From the NCBI RefSeq assembly GCF_044236155.1, contig NZ_JBIIHA010000008.1, positions 65,353 to 129,352 of the forward strand: DNA of 64,000 nt, written 5' to 3'. The DNA comes from Prosthecobacter sp. Lineage in GTDB: Bacteria > Verrucomicrobiota > Verrucomicrobiia > Verrucomicrobiales > Verrucomicrobiaceae. A program made the position numbers and the translations under genes. Below are positions 52,618 through 60,790 of this stretch, one piece after another (position 1 is the first letter of the stretch; each line of letters starts with the position of its first letter). Under the pieces are notes generated by a model, which saw nothing but the letters and a program-made list of their open reading frames with translations, was not told the origin of the DNA and ran no database searches.

Positions 52618-53418
52618 ATGTTCAACTCCTGGTTCCCCGAATCGCAAGACCGCCTCCCGCTGACGTGGTGGAAGCAGCATCCCGTCTATCTCGCGGCCGT
52701 CGTCGCCCTCGCCGGCGCGGCCAGCATGGTTGTGTTCGCGGTCTTGGGGCCGGGGCTCATGGGCCATCTGGTATTCAGCTTTGATGCCGCCTTCCAGGAA
52801 TGGCATCTCTGGACGCCGCTGACCTACGTTCTCGTCAATCCACCCGGGTTGTTCCTGCTGCTCGGGTGCTACTTGCTTTGGAATTTCGGCGAGGCCGTCG
52901 AGCGCCACCTGGGCCGCCGTGTGTTTGTGCGTCTTCTGCTGCTCCTGCTGGCCTCGTCGCCGCTGTTTGTCTGCTTGTTCCATCTGGCCGGTGTGCGCGG
53001 CATGGCCTGCGCGGGCATCATGCAGCTCGAGTTCGGCGTCTTCATCGCCTTCGCCACGCTTTATCCGCGGGCGAAGATCAGCATCATCATCCTCACCCTC
53101 GACGCCTGGGTCATGGCCGCCATTTTTGTCGGCATCAACGCGCTCCAATGCCTCGCCGCGCGGGATTGGGTCTCGCTGATCCTCCTCGCCGCCAACGTCG
53201 GCACCGCCTACGCCTTCATCCGTTATGAAACGGGCGCGTTCAAGCTGCCCTCCTTCCCGAAACCGGCCCCGAAAGCTCCAAAGCCCGCGAAAAGCGCCGC
53301 GCCGGCCGTCGATGACATCCTCGACAAAATAAGCCGCCACGGCATGCAAAGCCTCACCGCCGAAGAGCGTCGCATTCTCGACAAGGCGAGCGATGAAATG
53401 AAGCGCCGCGCCGGTTAA
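52618..53418 (+). CDS. Rhomboid-like membrane protein, catalytic residues not evident, with a DUF6576-like C-terminal tail
   Basis: ATG 52618. WHLWTPLTYVLVNPPGLFLLLGCYLLWNFGEAVERHLG parallels the rhomboid WRxxT...N...G..E.. region. The expected GxSG position reads GMACAG, and the TM6 His is not seen. The tail DDILDKISRHGMQSLTAEERRILDKAS resembles DUF6576 from memory. Confidence 0.55.
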   Translation: MFNSWFPESQDRLPLTWWKQHPVYLAAVVALAGAASMVVFAVLGPGLMGHLVFSFDAAFQEWHLWTPLTYVLVNPPGLFLLLGCYLLWNFGEAVERHLGRRVFVRLLLLLLASSPLFVCLFHLAGVRGMACAGIMQLEFGVFIAFATLYPRAKISIIILTLDAWVMAAIFVGINALQCLAARDWVSLILLAANVGTAYAFIRYETGAFKLPSFPKPAPKAPKPAKSAAPAVDDILDKISRHGMQSLTAEERRILDKASDEMKRRAG

Positions 53419-54044
53419 CGCAGCACCACGCGGCACGGCGCTCCGTCCGCACCCTCGAGTTTGATCGGCAGGCAGATCAGTTCGTAGTAGCCGGCCTTGA
53501 TCTCGGCGAGGTTCAGCCCCTCGATCACCCAGATGCCAGCGCCGAGCATGATCTGATGCGTTTCGACGACGTCCTTGCCGTAGCCGCCGATGCTGAGATA
53601 ATCGACGCCGACGGTCATCACTTGTTGATCCACGAGATACTGCGCGGCGTCAGCGCGGATGGAGATGAAGTCCTTGTCGAACTCGTTCATCGCCCAGCTT
53701 CGCGTTGAGTTGCGCGTTTTGAAAAGCACGCGCTGTTTGGGTGAGAATTTGAGCTTCTTCAAATCATCCGCGGTGATCTGGTCCTCGCAGTCGAGCTCAA
53801 ACACGCGGCAGCGCCCGATCACGGCTTCGAAAGGCATCTTCTCCATCGTCAGGCCGTCCGCGATGAAGTGACGCGGCGCGTCCATGTGCGTGCCGGTGTG
53901 CGCGCTCATCGTGAGGTGCGTCAGATTGCACACCGCACCGTCTTCCATGCGGTTCACGCGCTTGATGTGGCACTCGGGGTCACCGGGCCAGTGCACCATG
54001 CCGTCGCGGAGAGGCACTGAGACGTCTTTCCAGGGGCGTTTCAT
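53415..54044 (-). CDS. Cyclase family protein (kynurenine formamidase-like)
   Basis: MSAHTGTHMDAPRHF is the HxGTHxDxPxH motif. The protein is 209 aa. Confidence 0.85.
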   Translation of the reverse strand: MKRPWKDVSVPLRDGMVHWPGDPECHIKRVNRMEDGAVCNLTHLTMSAHTGTHMDAPRHFIADGLTMEKMPFEAVIGRCRVFELDCEDQITADDLKKLKFSPKQRVLFKTRNSTRSWAMNEFDKDFISIRADAAQYLVDQQVMTVGVDYLSIGGYGKDVVETHQIMLGAGIWVIEGLNLAEIKAGYYELICLPIKLEGADGAPCRVVLR

Positions 54045-54114
54045 GATGGGAAGACGTTGACGGGCTGAACCAGCGACGCAAGAGCCGTTTCAGGCAACCC
54101 GTTTGCTCACAAGC

Positions 54115-55461
54115 ATGAGCACCCCAGCCACCTCCCGCCGTCGATTCGTCAAAGCTGCCGCAGCAACGGCCTTCGGTTTCCAAATCGTCCCTCGTCACGT
54201 CCTCGGCGGCCCCGGATTCACGCCGCCGAGTGAAAAGGTGAACCTCGGCTGCATCGGCATCGGTGGTCAGGGCGGCGGTGACATCCGCGATCTCGATTCC
54301 ACCGGCCTGGCGAACATCGTCGCGCTTTGCGATGTCGATCTCGATCACGCCGCCGGGACGATCAAAAAATACCCCGGAGCGAAGCTTTATCGCGATTACC
54401 GCGAATTGATCGAAAAGCAGAAGGACATCGACGCCGTGCTCGTCGCCACGCCGGATCATGTGCATGCGCCCGCCAGTATCATGGCCATGCGTGCCGGTCG
54501 TCATGTCTATGTCGAGAAGCCGCTCGCCCACACCATCGCCGAGGCGCGTGCGATGCGCGATGTGGCAAAGGAAACCAACCGCGTCACGCAGATGGGCAAC
54601 CAGGGCCACGCCAGCGAAGGCATCCGCCTCACCCGCGAGTGGATTCAGGCCGGTGCCATCGGCAAGGTGACCGAAGTGCATGTGTGGTCCGACCGTCCCG
54701 GCAAATTTTGGGATTCGCAGGGCAAAGCCTATCCCACCGACACGCCGCCGTTGCCGAAGAACCTCGATTGGAACCTCTGGCTCGGCCCCGCGAAGGAGCG
54801 CCCGTATCATCCCGACTTCTGCCCACGCAAATGGCGTGGCTGGTGGGACTTCGGCTGCGGCGCTCTCGGTGACATGGCCGTGCATAACGCCGATCCCGCC
54901 TTCTACGCGCTCGATCTCGACGCACCCGACTGGGTCGAGGCTGAAAATGGCCCGAACAACAATCAGTCCTTCCCGGTTTGGAGCATCATCACCTACCACT
55001 TTCCCGCGAAAGGCAATCGTGGACCGGTGAAAATGGTCTGGTATGACGGCGGCAAGCTTCCGCCGCGCCCCGAGGGTCTCGAAGACACCCGCAATCTCGG
55101 CGACAACGGCATCTACTTCGTCGGCGACAACGGCTGCATCCTCGCCGGCGGGTGGTCCGGTACGCCGCGCATCGTGCCCGAGACGAAGATGCAGCAGTTT
55201 GTTTTGCCTGCGAAAACCATCCCGCGCTGCAAGAACGGCCACCGTCAGGAATTCCTCGAAGCCTGCAAAACCGGCCACCCGCAGGACGCGAAGAGCGGCT
55301 TCTGGTACTCCGCCCCCTTCACCGAATCGCTGCTCGTCGGCCTCCTCGCCGTGCGTTTCGGGAAACGCGTCGAATGGGACACCAACGCCCTCAAATCACC
55401 CAACACGCCCGAAGCCGACGCGATCATTCACAAGGCATATCGCGCCGAGTATGGCATTTGA
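54115..55461 (+). CDS. Gfo/Idh/MocA family oxidoreductase with Tat signal
   Basis: The track start at 54103 is TTG. ATG 54115 gives MSTPATSRRRFVKAAAATAFGF. VNLGCIGIGGQGG and EKPLAHTIAEAR are present. Confidence 0.9.
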   Translation: MSTPATSRRRFVKAAAATAFGFQIVPRHVLGGPGFTPPSEKVNLGCIGIGGQGGGDIRDLDSTGLANIVALCDVDLDHAAGTIKKYPGAKLYRDYRELIEKQKDIDAVLVATPDHVHAPASIMAMRAGRHVYVEKPLAHTIAEARAMRDVAKETNRVTQMGNQGHASEGIRLTREWIQAGAIGKVTEVHVWSDRPGKFWDSQGKAYPTDTPPLPKNLDWNLWLGPAKERPYHPDFCPRKWRGWWDFGCGALGDMAVHNADPAFYALDLDAPDWVEAENGPNNNQSFPVWSIITYHFPAKGNRGPVKMVWYDGGKLPPRPEGLEDTRNLGDNGIYFVGDNGCILAGGWSGTPRIVPETKMQQFVLPAKTIPRCKNGHRQEFLEACKTGHPQDAKSGFWYSAPFTESLLVGLLAVRFGKRVEWDTNALKSPNTPEADAIIHKAYRAEYGI

Positions 55462-56883
55462 TCACGCCAGCAGCTTCGGCACCAGCTCTCCGGCGACTCC
55501 CGTGAGGCGCATGTCGAGGCCCTGGAAGCGCTGGCTGAGCTTCGTGTGATCAAAACCGAGCAGATGCAGCAGCGTGGCGTGGAGATCATGCACATGCACG
55601 ACATCCTCGGTCGCATTGAAGCCGAATTCGTCGCTCTGGCCGAGCGTGAGGCCCGGCTTCATGCCGCCACCGGCAAACCACATGCTGAAGCAGTTCGGAT
55701 GATGATCACGGCCATCGCTGCCCCCCTGCACCATCGGCGTGCGGCCGAACTCACCGCCCCAGATGACGAGCGTGTCCTCCAAAAGGCCGCGCTGCTTCAA
55801 ATCGCGCACCAAGGCCGCGCAAGGCTGGTCCGTGAGGCCGCACTGCTGCTTCAAACCGCCGACGAGACCGCCGTGGTGATCCCAGGCCTCATGGAAGAGC
55901 TGCACAAAGCGCACGCCGCTTTCGATGAGGCGACGCGCCAGCAGGCAGTTGTTCGCAAACGATGCCTCGCCGGGCTTCGCGCCATACATGTCGAGGATGT
56001 GTTTAGGCTCCTTCGAGATGTCCATCAGTTCCGGTGCCGTCTGCTGCATGCGATAGGCCAGCTCGAAGCTGTTGATGCGGCTGGCGATCTCCGGATCGCC
56101 CACGACGTTGAGGCGCTCTTCGTTGAGCTGTTTCAACACATCCAGCGTGTCACGCTGCGTCGCATCATCGACACCTTGCGGGTTGTTCAGGAACAACACC
56201 GGCTCGCCGCTGCTGCGGAAGGGCACGCCTTGATACACGGTGGGCAGGAAGCCGCAGCCGAAGTTGCTCATGCCGCCGCTGGGGCCTTTCTGGCCGCTTT
56301 GCATCACGACGTACCCGGGAATGTCCTGGTTCTCGGTGCCGAGGCCGTAGAGCGTCCACGCGCCAAAGCTCGGCCGTCCGAAAATCTGCGAGCCGGTGCT
56401 CATCAGTATCTGTCCCGGAGCGTGATTAAAGGCGTCCGTCTTCATCGAGCGCACGATCGTCAGGTCATCGGCAATCTTCGCCGTGTGTGGCAGCAGTTCG
56501 CTCAATTCCGCGCCGCAATCGCCATGACGCGCAAACTTGAACTTCGGCCCAAGCAGCTTGCTGTTTGGATTGATGAACGCAGCGCGGTAGCCTTTGAGCA
56601 GATCGGCCGGCGGCAGCTTGCCATCCCACTTCGAAAGTTCTGGTTTGTTATCAAACAACTCCAAATGGCTCGGCGCACCGCCCATGAAGAGGTAGATCAC
56701 GCGCTTCGCCTTGGCACCGTAATGCGGTTTCTTGACCGCCAGCGGATTCACCACCGCCGGAGCCGCTTTCGCCGCCAAATCCATCGCCGCGATGCTCGCC
56801 AAGCCCACGCCACACTCTTTGAAAAACCAGCGACGGGTGCGGTAGCGGGCATATTCGGCCTGGAGTTCGTGGCGGAGGTTCAT
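55462..56883 (-). CDS. DUF1501 domain protein, no adjacent PSD partner
   Basis: ATG 56883 gives MNLRHELQAEYARYRTRRWFFKECGVGLASIAAMDL (Tat-like). VIYLFMGGAPSHLELFDNKP and DHHPNCFSMWFAGGGMKPG are the conserved blocks. The longer 57147 start would run into the divergent sulfatase gene. Confidence 0.9.
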   Translation of the reverse strand: MNLRHELQAEYARYRTRRWFFKECGVGLASIAAMDLAAKAAPAVVNPLAVKKPHYGAKAKRVIYLFMGGAPSHLELFDNKPELSKWDGKLPPADLLKGYRAAFINPNSKLLGPKFKFARHGDCGAELSELLPHTAKIADDLTIVRSMKTDAFNHAPGQILMSTGSQIFGRPSFGAWTLYGLGTENQDIPGYVVMQSGQKGPSGGMSNFGCGFLPTVYQGVPFRSSGEPVLFLNNPQGVDDATQRDTLDVLKQLNEERLNVVGDPEIASRINSFELAYRMQQTAPELMDISKEPKHILDMYGAKPGEASFANNCLLARRLIESGVRFVQLFHEAWDHHGGLVGGLKQQCGLTDQPCAALVRDLKQRGLLEDTLVIWGGEFGRTPMVQGGSDGRDHHPNCFSMWFAGGGMKPGLTLGQSDEFGFNATEDVVHVHDLHATLLHLLGFDHTKLSQRFQGLDMRLTGVAGELVPKLLA

Positions 56884-57026
56884 GCGTTCGGATTGACGCA
56901 CAGGAATCGGTTTTCCGCGAGTGTGTCTATCGCGGCGGCTGCGAAGCACAATGCCAGCGGCGGCTTTGTCCATACAGACGCATTCGAGTGAAGGATCACA
57001 AAGCCTGCCGTCGTTCCTCACGACCC

Positions 57027-59006
57027 ATGAAGCTCCTGAGCATCGTCCTTTCGTCATTCGCCATTGCCTCACTTCGTTCGCTCCTGCGGAGCAGCACACG
57101 CTCTGCGGTGCTGGCTGTCTCGCTGTGCTCGGCTCTGGTTTCGTCATTCGCTGCGGAGCAGCGTCCCAACATCCTCTGGCTCACCAGCGAGGACCACGGA
57201 CCACACATGGGCTGCTACGGCGACACCTATGCCACCACGCCGAACATCGATGCGCTCGCGGCGAAGGGCATGCTGTTCAAGCATGCGTGGTCCTGCGGCC
57301 CGGTGTGCGCCGCGGCGCGCACGACAATCATCATGGGCATGTATCCCCCCTCCACCGGAGGTGAGCACATGCGCAGCATGGCAGCGATCCCAAAGGGCAC
57401 GAAGATGTATCCGCAGTTCCTCCGCGAAGCTGGCTACTACTGCACGAACAACAGCAAAGAGGACTACAACCTCACCAAACCCGAAGGCGTGTGGGACGAG
57501 TCCTCCGGCAAAGCGACATGGAGGAACCGCAAGGACGGCCAGCCCTTCTTCGCCATCTTCAACGAGCAGTGCAGCCATGAGAGCCAGCTGCGCAAACGCC
57601 CCCACGAGGCGATTCACGATCCCGCAAAGGTGCGCGTGCCTGCCTATCACCCCGACACACCGGAAGTGCGGCAGGATTGGGCGCAGTATTATGACAAAGT
57701 GACCGAAGCCGACGCCTCAGCCGGCAAGCGCCTCAAAGAACTCGAAGAAGCCGGGCTGGCCGCCGACACGATCGTGTTTTACTACGCCGACCACGGCAGC
57801 GGTATGCCGCGCAACAAGCGCTGGCCCTGCAACTCGGGTCTTCAGGTGCCGATGGTAGTCTATTTCCCGCCAAAGTGGAAACACCTCGCGCCGAAGGAAT
57901 ACGCGGCCGGTGCGAAGTCCGACCGCCTCGTGAGCTTCGTCGATCTCGCACCCACATTGCTCAGCATCATCGGCGTGCAGCCGCCGGAGTGGATGCAGGG
58001 CCACGCCTTCGCCGGCAAGTTCCAAACTGAGCCACAGCCCTTCATTTACGGCTTCCGCGGTCGCATGGACGAGCGCTATGACTGCGTGCGCAGCGTCACC
58101 GACGGTCGTTTCGTCTATGTGCGCAACTACATGCCACATCTCTCGCAGGCGCAGCATGTCAGCTATCAATTTGAAACACCGACCACCCGTGTCTGGCGCA
58201 AGACCTTCGACGACGGCAAGGCCACACCCGAGCAATCCATCTTCTGGCAGGAACCGAAGGCCGCCGAAGAACTCTACGACCTGCAAAGCGACCCCGACGA
58301 GGTCCACAACCTCGCCGCCAAGCCCGAGCACGCCGAAACCCTCGCCAAGATGCGTGCCGCACAGGAAAACCTCGCGCTGAAGATCCGCGATGTCGGCCTG
58401 CTGCCCGAAGGCGAGATGCATCAGCGCGCCGAAGGCACCACGCCCTACGACATGGGCCACGACGACAAGCTCTATCCCGTCGCCCGCATCTTGAAGGCCG
58501 CCGGCAGTGCCTCGTCGATGAAAGCCGACGCCATCGCCGACCTCAAAGCCGCTTTCAGTGACAAAGACAATGCCATCCGCTACTGGAGCGCCATGGGCAT
58601 CCTGATGCGCGGCAAGGACGGACTCGCCGCCGCGCACGACGAGATGGTGAAAGCCGCCTCCGACAGCTCGACCTATGTGCAGGTCGTCGCCAACTGGTCG
58701 CTGGCCAAACATGGGAGTGATGCGGATCGCGCCGCCGCCTTGCCCAGGCTCGTCAATCTCGCGAACTGGAGCCAGCACAACGTCTTCACCACCATCAGCG
58801 CCCTAAACGCCATCGGCGACCTCGGCGACAAGGCGAAGCTCATCGCCGAGGAACTCAAAAAACTGCCCGCCAAAGGCGAATCACCCGACGGCCGCTTCGC
58901 AGGCTACGCCGCACGCCTTCTCGCGGACTTGAACGGCACCAAGCCCGCCTTTGAAGACGCCGGTGAGCCGCCTGCGAAGAAAAAGAAGGGCAAGGGGAAG
59001 AAATAG
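57027..59006 (+). CDS. Sulfatase (CxAxR variant) fused to C-terminal HEAT-like repeats and a Lys-rich tail
   Basis: ATG 57027 is used because the track start at 56988 is GTG. RPNILWLTSEDHG and the motif VCAAARTTIIMGMYP are present. The C-terminal ~200 aa are alpha-helical repeats (DNAIRYWSAMGILMRG..., YVQVVANWSLAKHG...). The protein ends PPAKKKKGKGKK. Confidence 0.9.
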   Translation: MKLLSIVLSSFAIASLRSLLRSSTRSAVLAVSLCSALVSSFAAEQRPNILWLTSEDHGPHMGCYGDTYATTPNIDALAAKGMLFKHAWSCGPVCAAARTTIIMGMYPPSTGGEHMRSMAAIPKGTKMYPQFLREAGYYCTNNSKEDYNLTKPEGVWDESSGKATWRNRKDGQPFFAIFNEQCSHESQLRKRPHEAIHDPAKVRVPAYHPDTPEVRQDWAQYYDKVTEADASAGKRLKELEEAGLAADTIVFYYADHGSGMPRNKRWPCNSGLQVPMVVYFPPKWKHLAPKEYAAGAKSDRLVSFVDLAPTLLSIIGVQPPEWMQGHAFAGKFQTEPQPFIYGFRGRMDERYDCVRSVTDGRFVYVRNYMPHLSQAQHVSYQFETPTTRVWRKTFDDGKATPEQSIFWQEPKAAEELYDLQSDPDEVHNLAAKPEHAETLAKMRAAQENLALKIRDVGLLPEGEMHQRAEGTTPYDMGHDDKLYPVARILKAAGSASSMKADAIADLKAAFSDKDNAIRYWSAMGILMRGKDGLAAAHDEMVKAASDSSTYVQVVANWSLAKHGSDADRAAALPRLVNLANWSQHNVFTTISALNAIGDLGDKAKLIAEELKKLPAKGESPDGRFAGYAARLLADLNGTKPAFEDAGEPPAKKKKGKGKK

Positions 59007-59025
59007 GCGGCGTCCATGACAAGGA

Positions 59026-59073
59026 GCGGGACTTGCCAAGTCCCGCCCGAACATGCGGCACTTGGCAAGTGCC
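59026..59073. repeat. Two related near-perfect palindromes (ACTTG-N-CAAGT core)
   Basis: GCGGGACTTG C CAAGTCCCGC lies at 59026-59046 and GGCACTTG G CAAGTGCC at 59057-59073, in the gap between convergent genes. Confidence 0.6.
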
Positions 59074-59092
59074 ACTCCTTGATTGAGCAAAA

Positions 59093-59125
59093 AGGCACGA
59101 CCTCGCGGTCGTGCCTTTCGTGTTT
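59093..59125. terminator. Bidirectional rho-independent terminator
   Basis: The structure is AGGCACGACC - TCGC - GGTCGTGCCT. It is flanked by AAAAA upstream (a U-run for the minus-strand gene) and by TTCGTGTTT downstream. Confidence 0.65.
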
Positions 59126-59142
59126 CTAAATGTGGAGCCGAT

Positions 59143-60705
59143 TTACTGCTTCGGCTTGGTGAGCATCTCGAAGTCGTCGCTGCGGAACGGCGTCACCGGC
59201 AGGCCGTCGGTGCTGAAAAGATTGCAGACCGGATTGTCGGCCCAGGCATAGCGGACGGCGACGGGTTTGGCGACGCCTGCGGCGCTGACTTCGACTTTGT
59301 CTTTGCCAATGATCTTTGCGGTGGCCCAGGCCCACTTCTTGTCCTCGCCGCAGATGACAAAGCCCTTCACCTCGCTGACATCGACAGTGCGCAGCGTGCT
59401 GCCGAAGGTATCGAGGGTGACGATCGCTTTGCCGTCCTTGAACTCGGCGGATTTGAACTCAGGGCTGCGATACGGAAGCTTCATGCCGTAGTCCTTGACG
59501 AGCGCCCAGCGGGCGAGACGCTCGGCCACATCGCGCTTGTTCTTCGGGTGGATGTCGTTCGCCTCGCCGAGGTCAATGATGACAGCCTGGCCGCCGTTTT
59601 TGATGACGTTCTGTGTTTTCGTCTGGCTCTCACGCAGTTCGGCCCACTGGCTGGCGGTGGCCTGCTCGGCATCGGTTTTTTCAGCCATGAAGTCGGCGAG
59701 CTGCACCCAGTAGAAGGGGAAATCGCCCTGCTGCCATTCCTTGCGCCAGTTCTGGATCATGAAGGGGAAGAGGCTGGCGTATTCGTAAGCGCGTCCGGCG
59801 TTGCTTTCGCCCTGATACCAGATCGCGCCCTTGATCCCGTAGCCGATGGTGGGCAGCAGCGCGCCGTTGTAGATGTTGCCGGGGCGGGCGTTGCCACGCA
59901 GCCAGCCATCGGGGGCCTGCGGAGCGCGTGCGGTGAAGGGTTTGCCGGCGGCCTTGGCTTCGTCAGCCTGCTTCTTCCACGCGGCGAGATCCGCCTCGTA
60001 TTTTTGTTTGGCGGCAGGAGAGGTCAGGCGCGCCTCATTGGCCTTGGTGTTTTCCATCAGCAGCTTGAAGCGCGGATCTTTCGCCAGTTCGCCACGATTC
60101 ACCCACGCCTCGGCGGCGCTGCCCCCCCAGGCGTTGTTGATGAGACCAATGGGAATGTCGAGCGTCTTGTGCAGCACACGACCGAAGAAGAAACCCACAG
60201 CGCTGAAGCCGCCGACGTTCTGCGGCGAGCACTCGGCCCACGCGCCTTTGAAATCGCTCTGCGGCTCCTGCGTGCCGACATTCGGCACCGTGATGAGGCG
60301 GATGTTGGGATGCTTGGCGGAGGCGATCTCCAAATCCGCATCCCAGGAGGCCTGCACGCTCCACTGCATGTTCGACTGGCCGGAGCAGATCCACACCTCG
60401 CCGACGAGCACGTTTTTCAGCTCCTTCGCGCTGCTGCCCTTGATTGAAATCGTCGCGGGTTGGGCGTTCGCGGGCACGGGATCGAGCTTCACGGTCCATT
60501 TGCCATCGGCGCCGGCCTTCGCGGTCTTGGTCTGGCCGGAGAACTTCACGGTGACTTCAGTTCCGGGAGCATCCCAGCCCCAGATCGGATTCGCAAGCTG
60601 CTGCTGCAGCACCATGTTGTCGCCGATGATGGCGGGGAGTTTCAATTCTGCGCGCGCGGTGAGAGCCAGCGCGGCCAGGAGGGTGGTCAGGGTCGTGAGT
60701 TTCAT
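59143..60705 (-). CDS. Sialate O-acetylesterase (SASA/DUF303 family), secreted; second copy
   Basis: ATG 60705 gives MKLTTLTTLLAALALTARA. VLVGEVWICSGQSNMQW and GAIWYQGESN are present. It is collinear with 42566..44104. Confidence 0.85.
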   Translation of the reverse strand: MKLTTLTTLLAALALTARAELKLPAIIGDNMVLQQQLANPIWGWDAPGTEVTVKFSGQTKTAKAGADGKWTVKLDPVPANAQPATISIKGSSAKELKNVLVGEVWICSGQSNMQWSVQASWDADLEIASAKHPNIRLITVPNVGTQEPQSDFKGAWAECSPQNVGGFSAVGFFFGRVLHKTLDIPIGLINNAWGGSAAEAWVNRGELAKDPRFKLLMENTKANEARLTSPAAKQKYEADLAAWKKQADEAKAAGKPFTARAPQAPDGWLRGNARPGNIYNGALLPTIGYGIKGAIWYQGESNAGRAYEYASLFPFMIQNWRKEWQQGDFPFYWVQLADFMAEKTDAEQATASQWAELRESQTKTQNVIKNGGQAVIIDLGEANDIHPKNKRDVAERLARWALVKDYGMKLPYRSPEFKSAEFKDGKAIVTLDTFGSTLRTVDVSEVKGFVICGEDKKWAWATAKIIGKDKVEVSAAGVAKPVAVRYAWADNPVCNLFSTDGLPVTPFRSDDFEMLTKPKQ

Positions 60706-60790
60706 GGTCGGAATGACGGAGCGTGAACAAACGCGGGCCGCCCCGGCTTTTCCATCAAACTTTCGCCAACACGCTTGAACTCGCCGCCAG

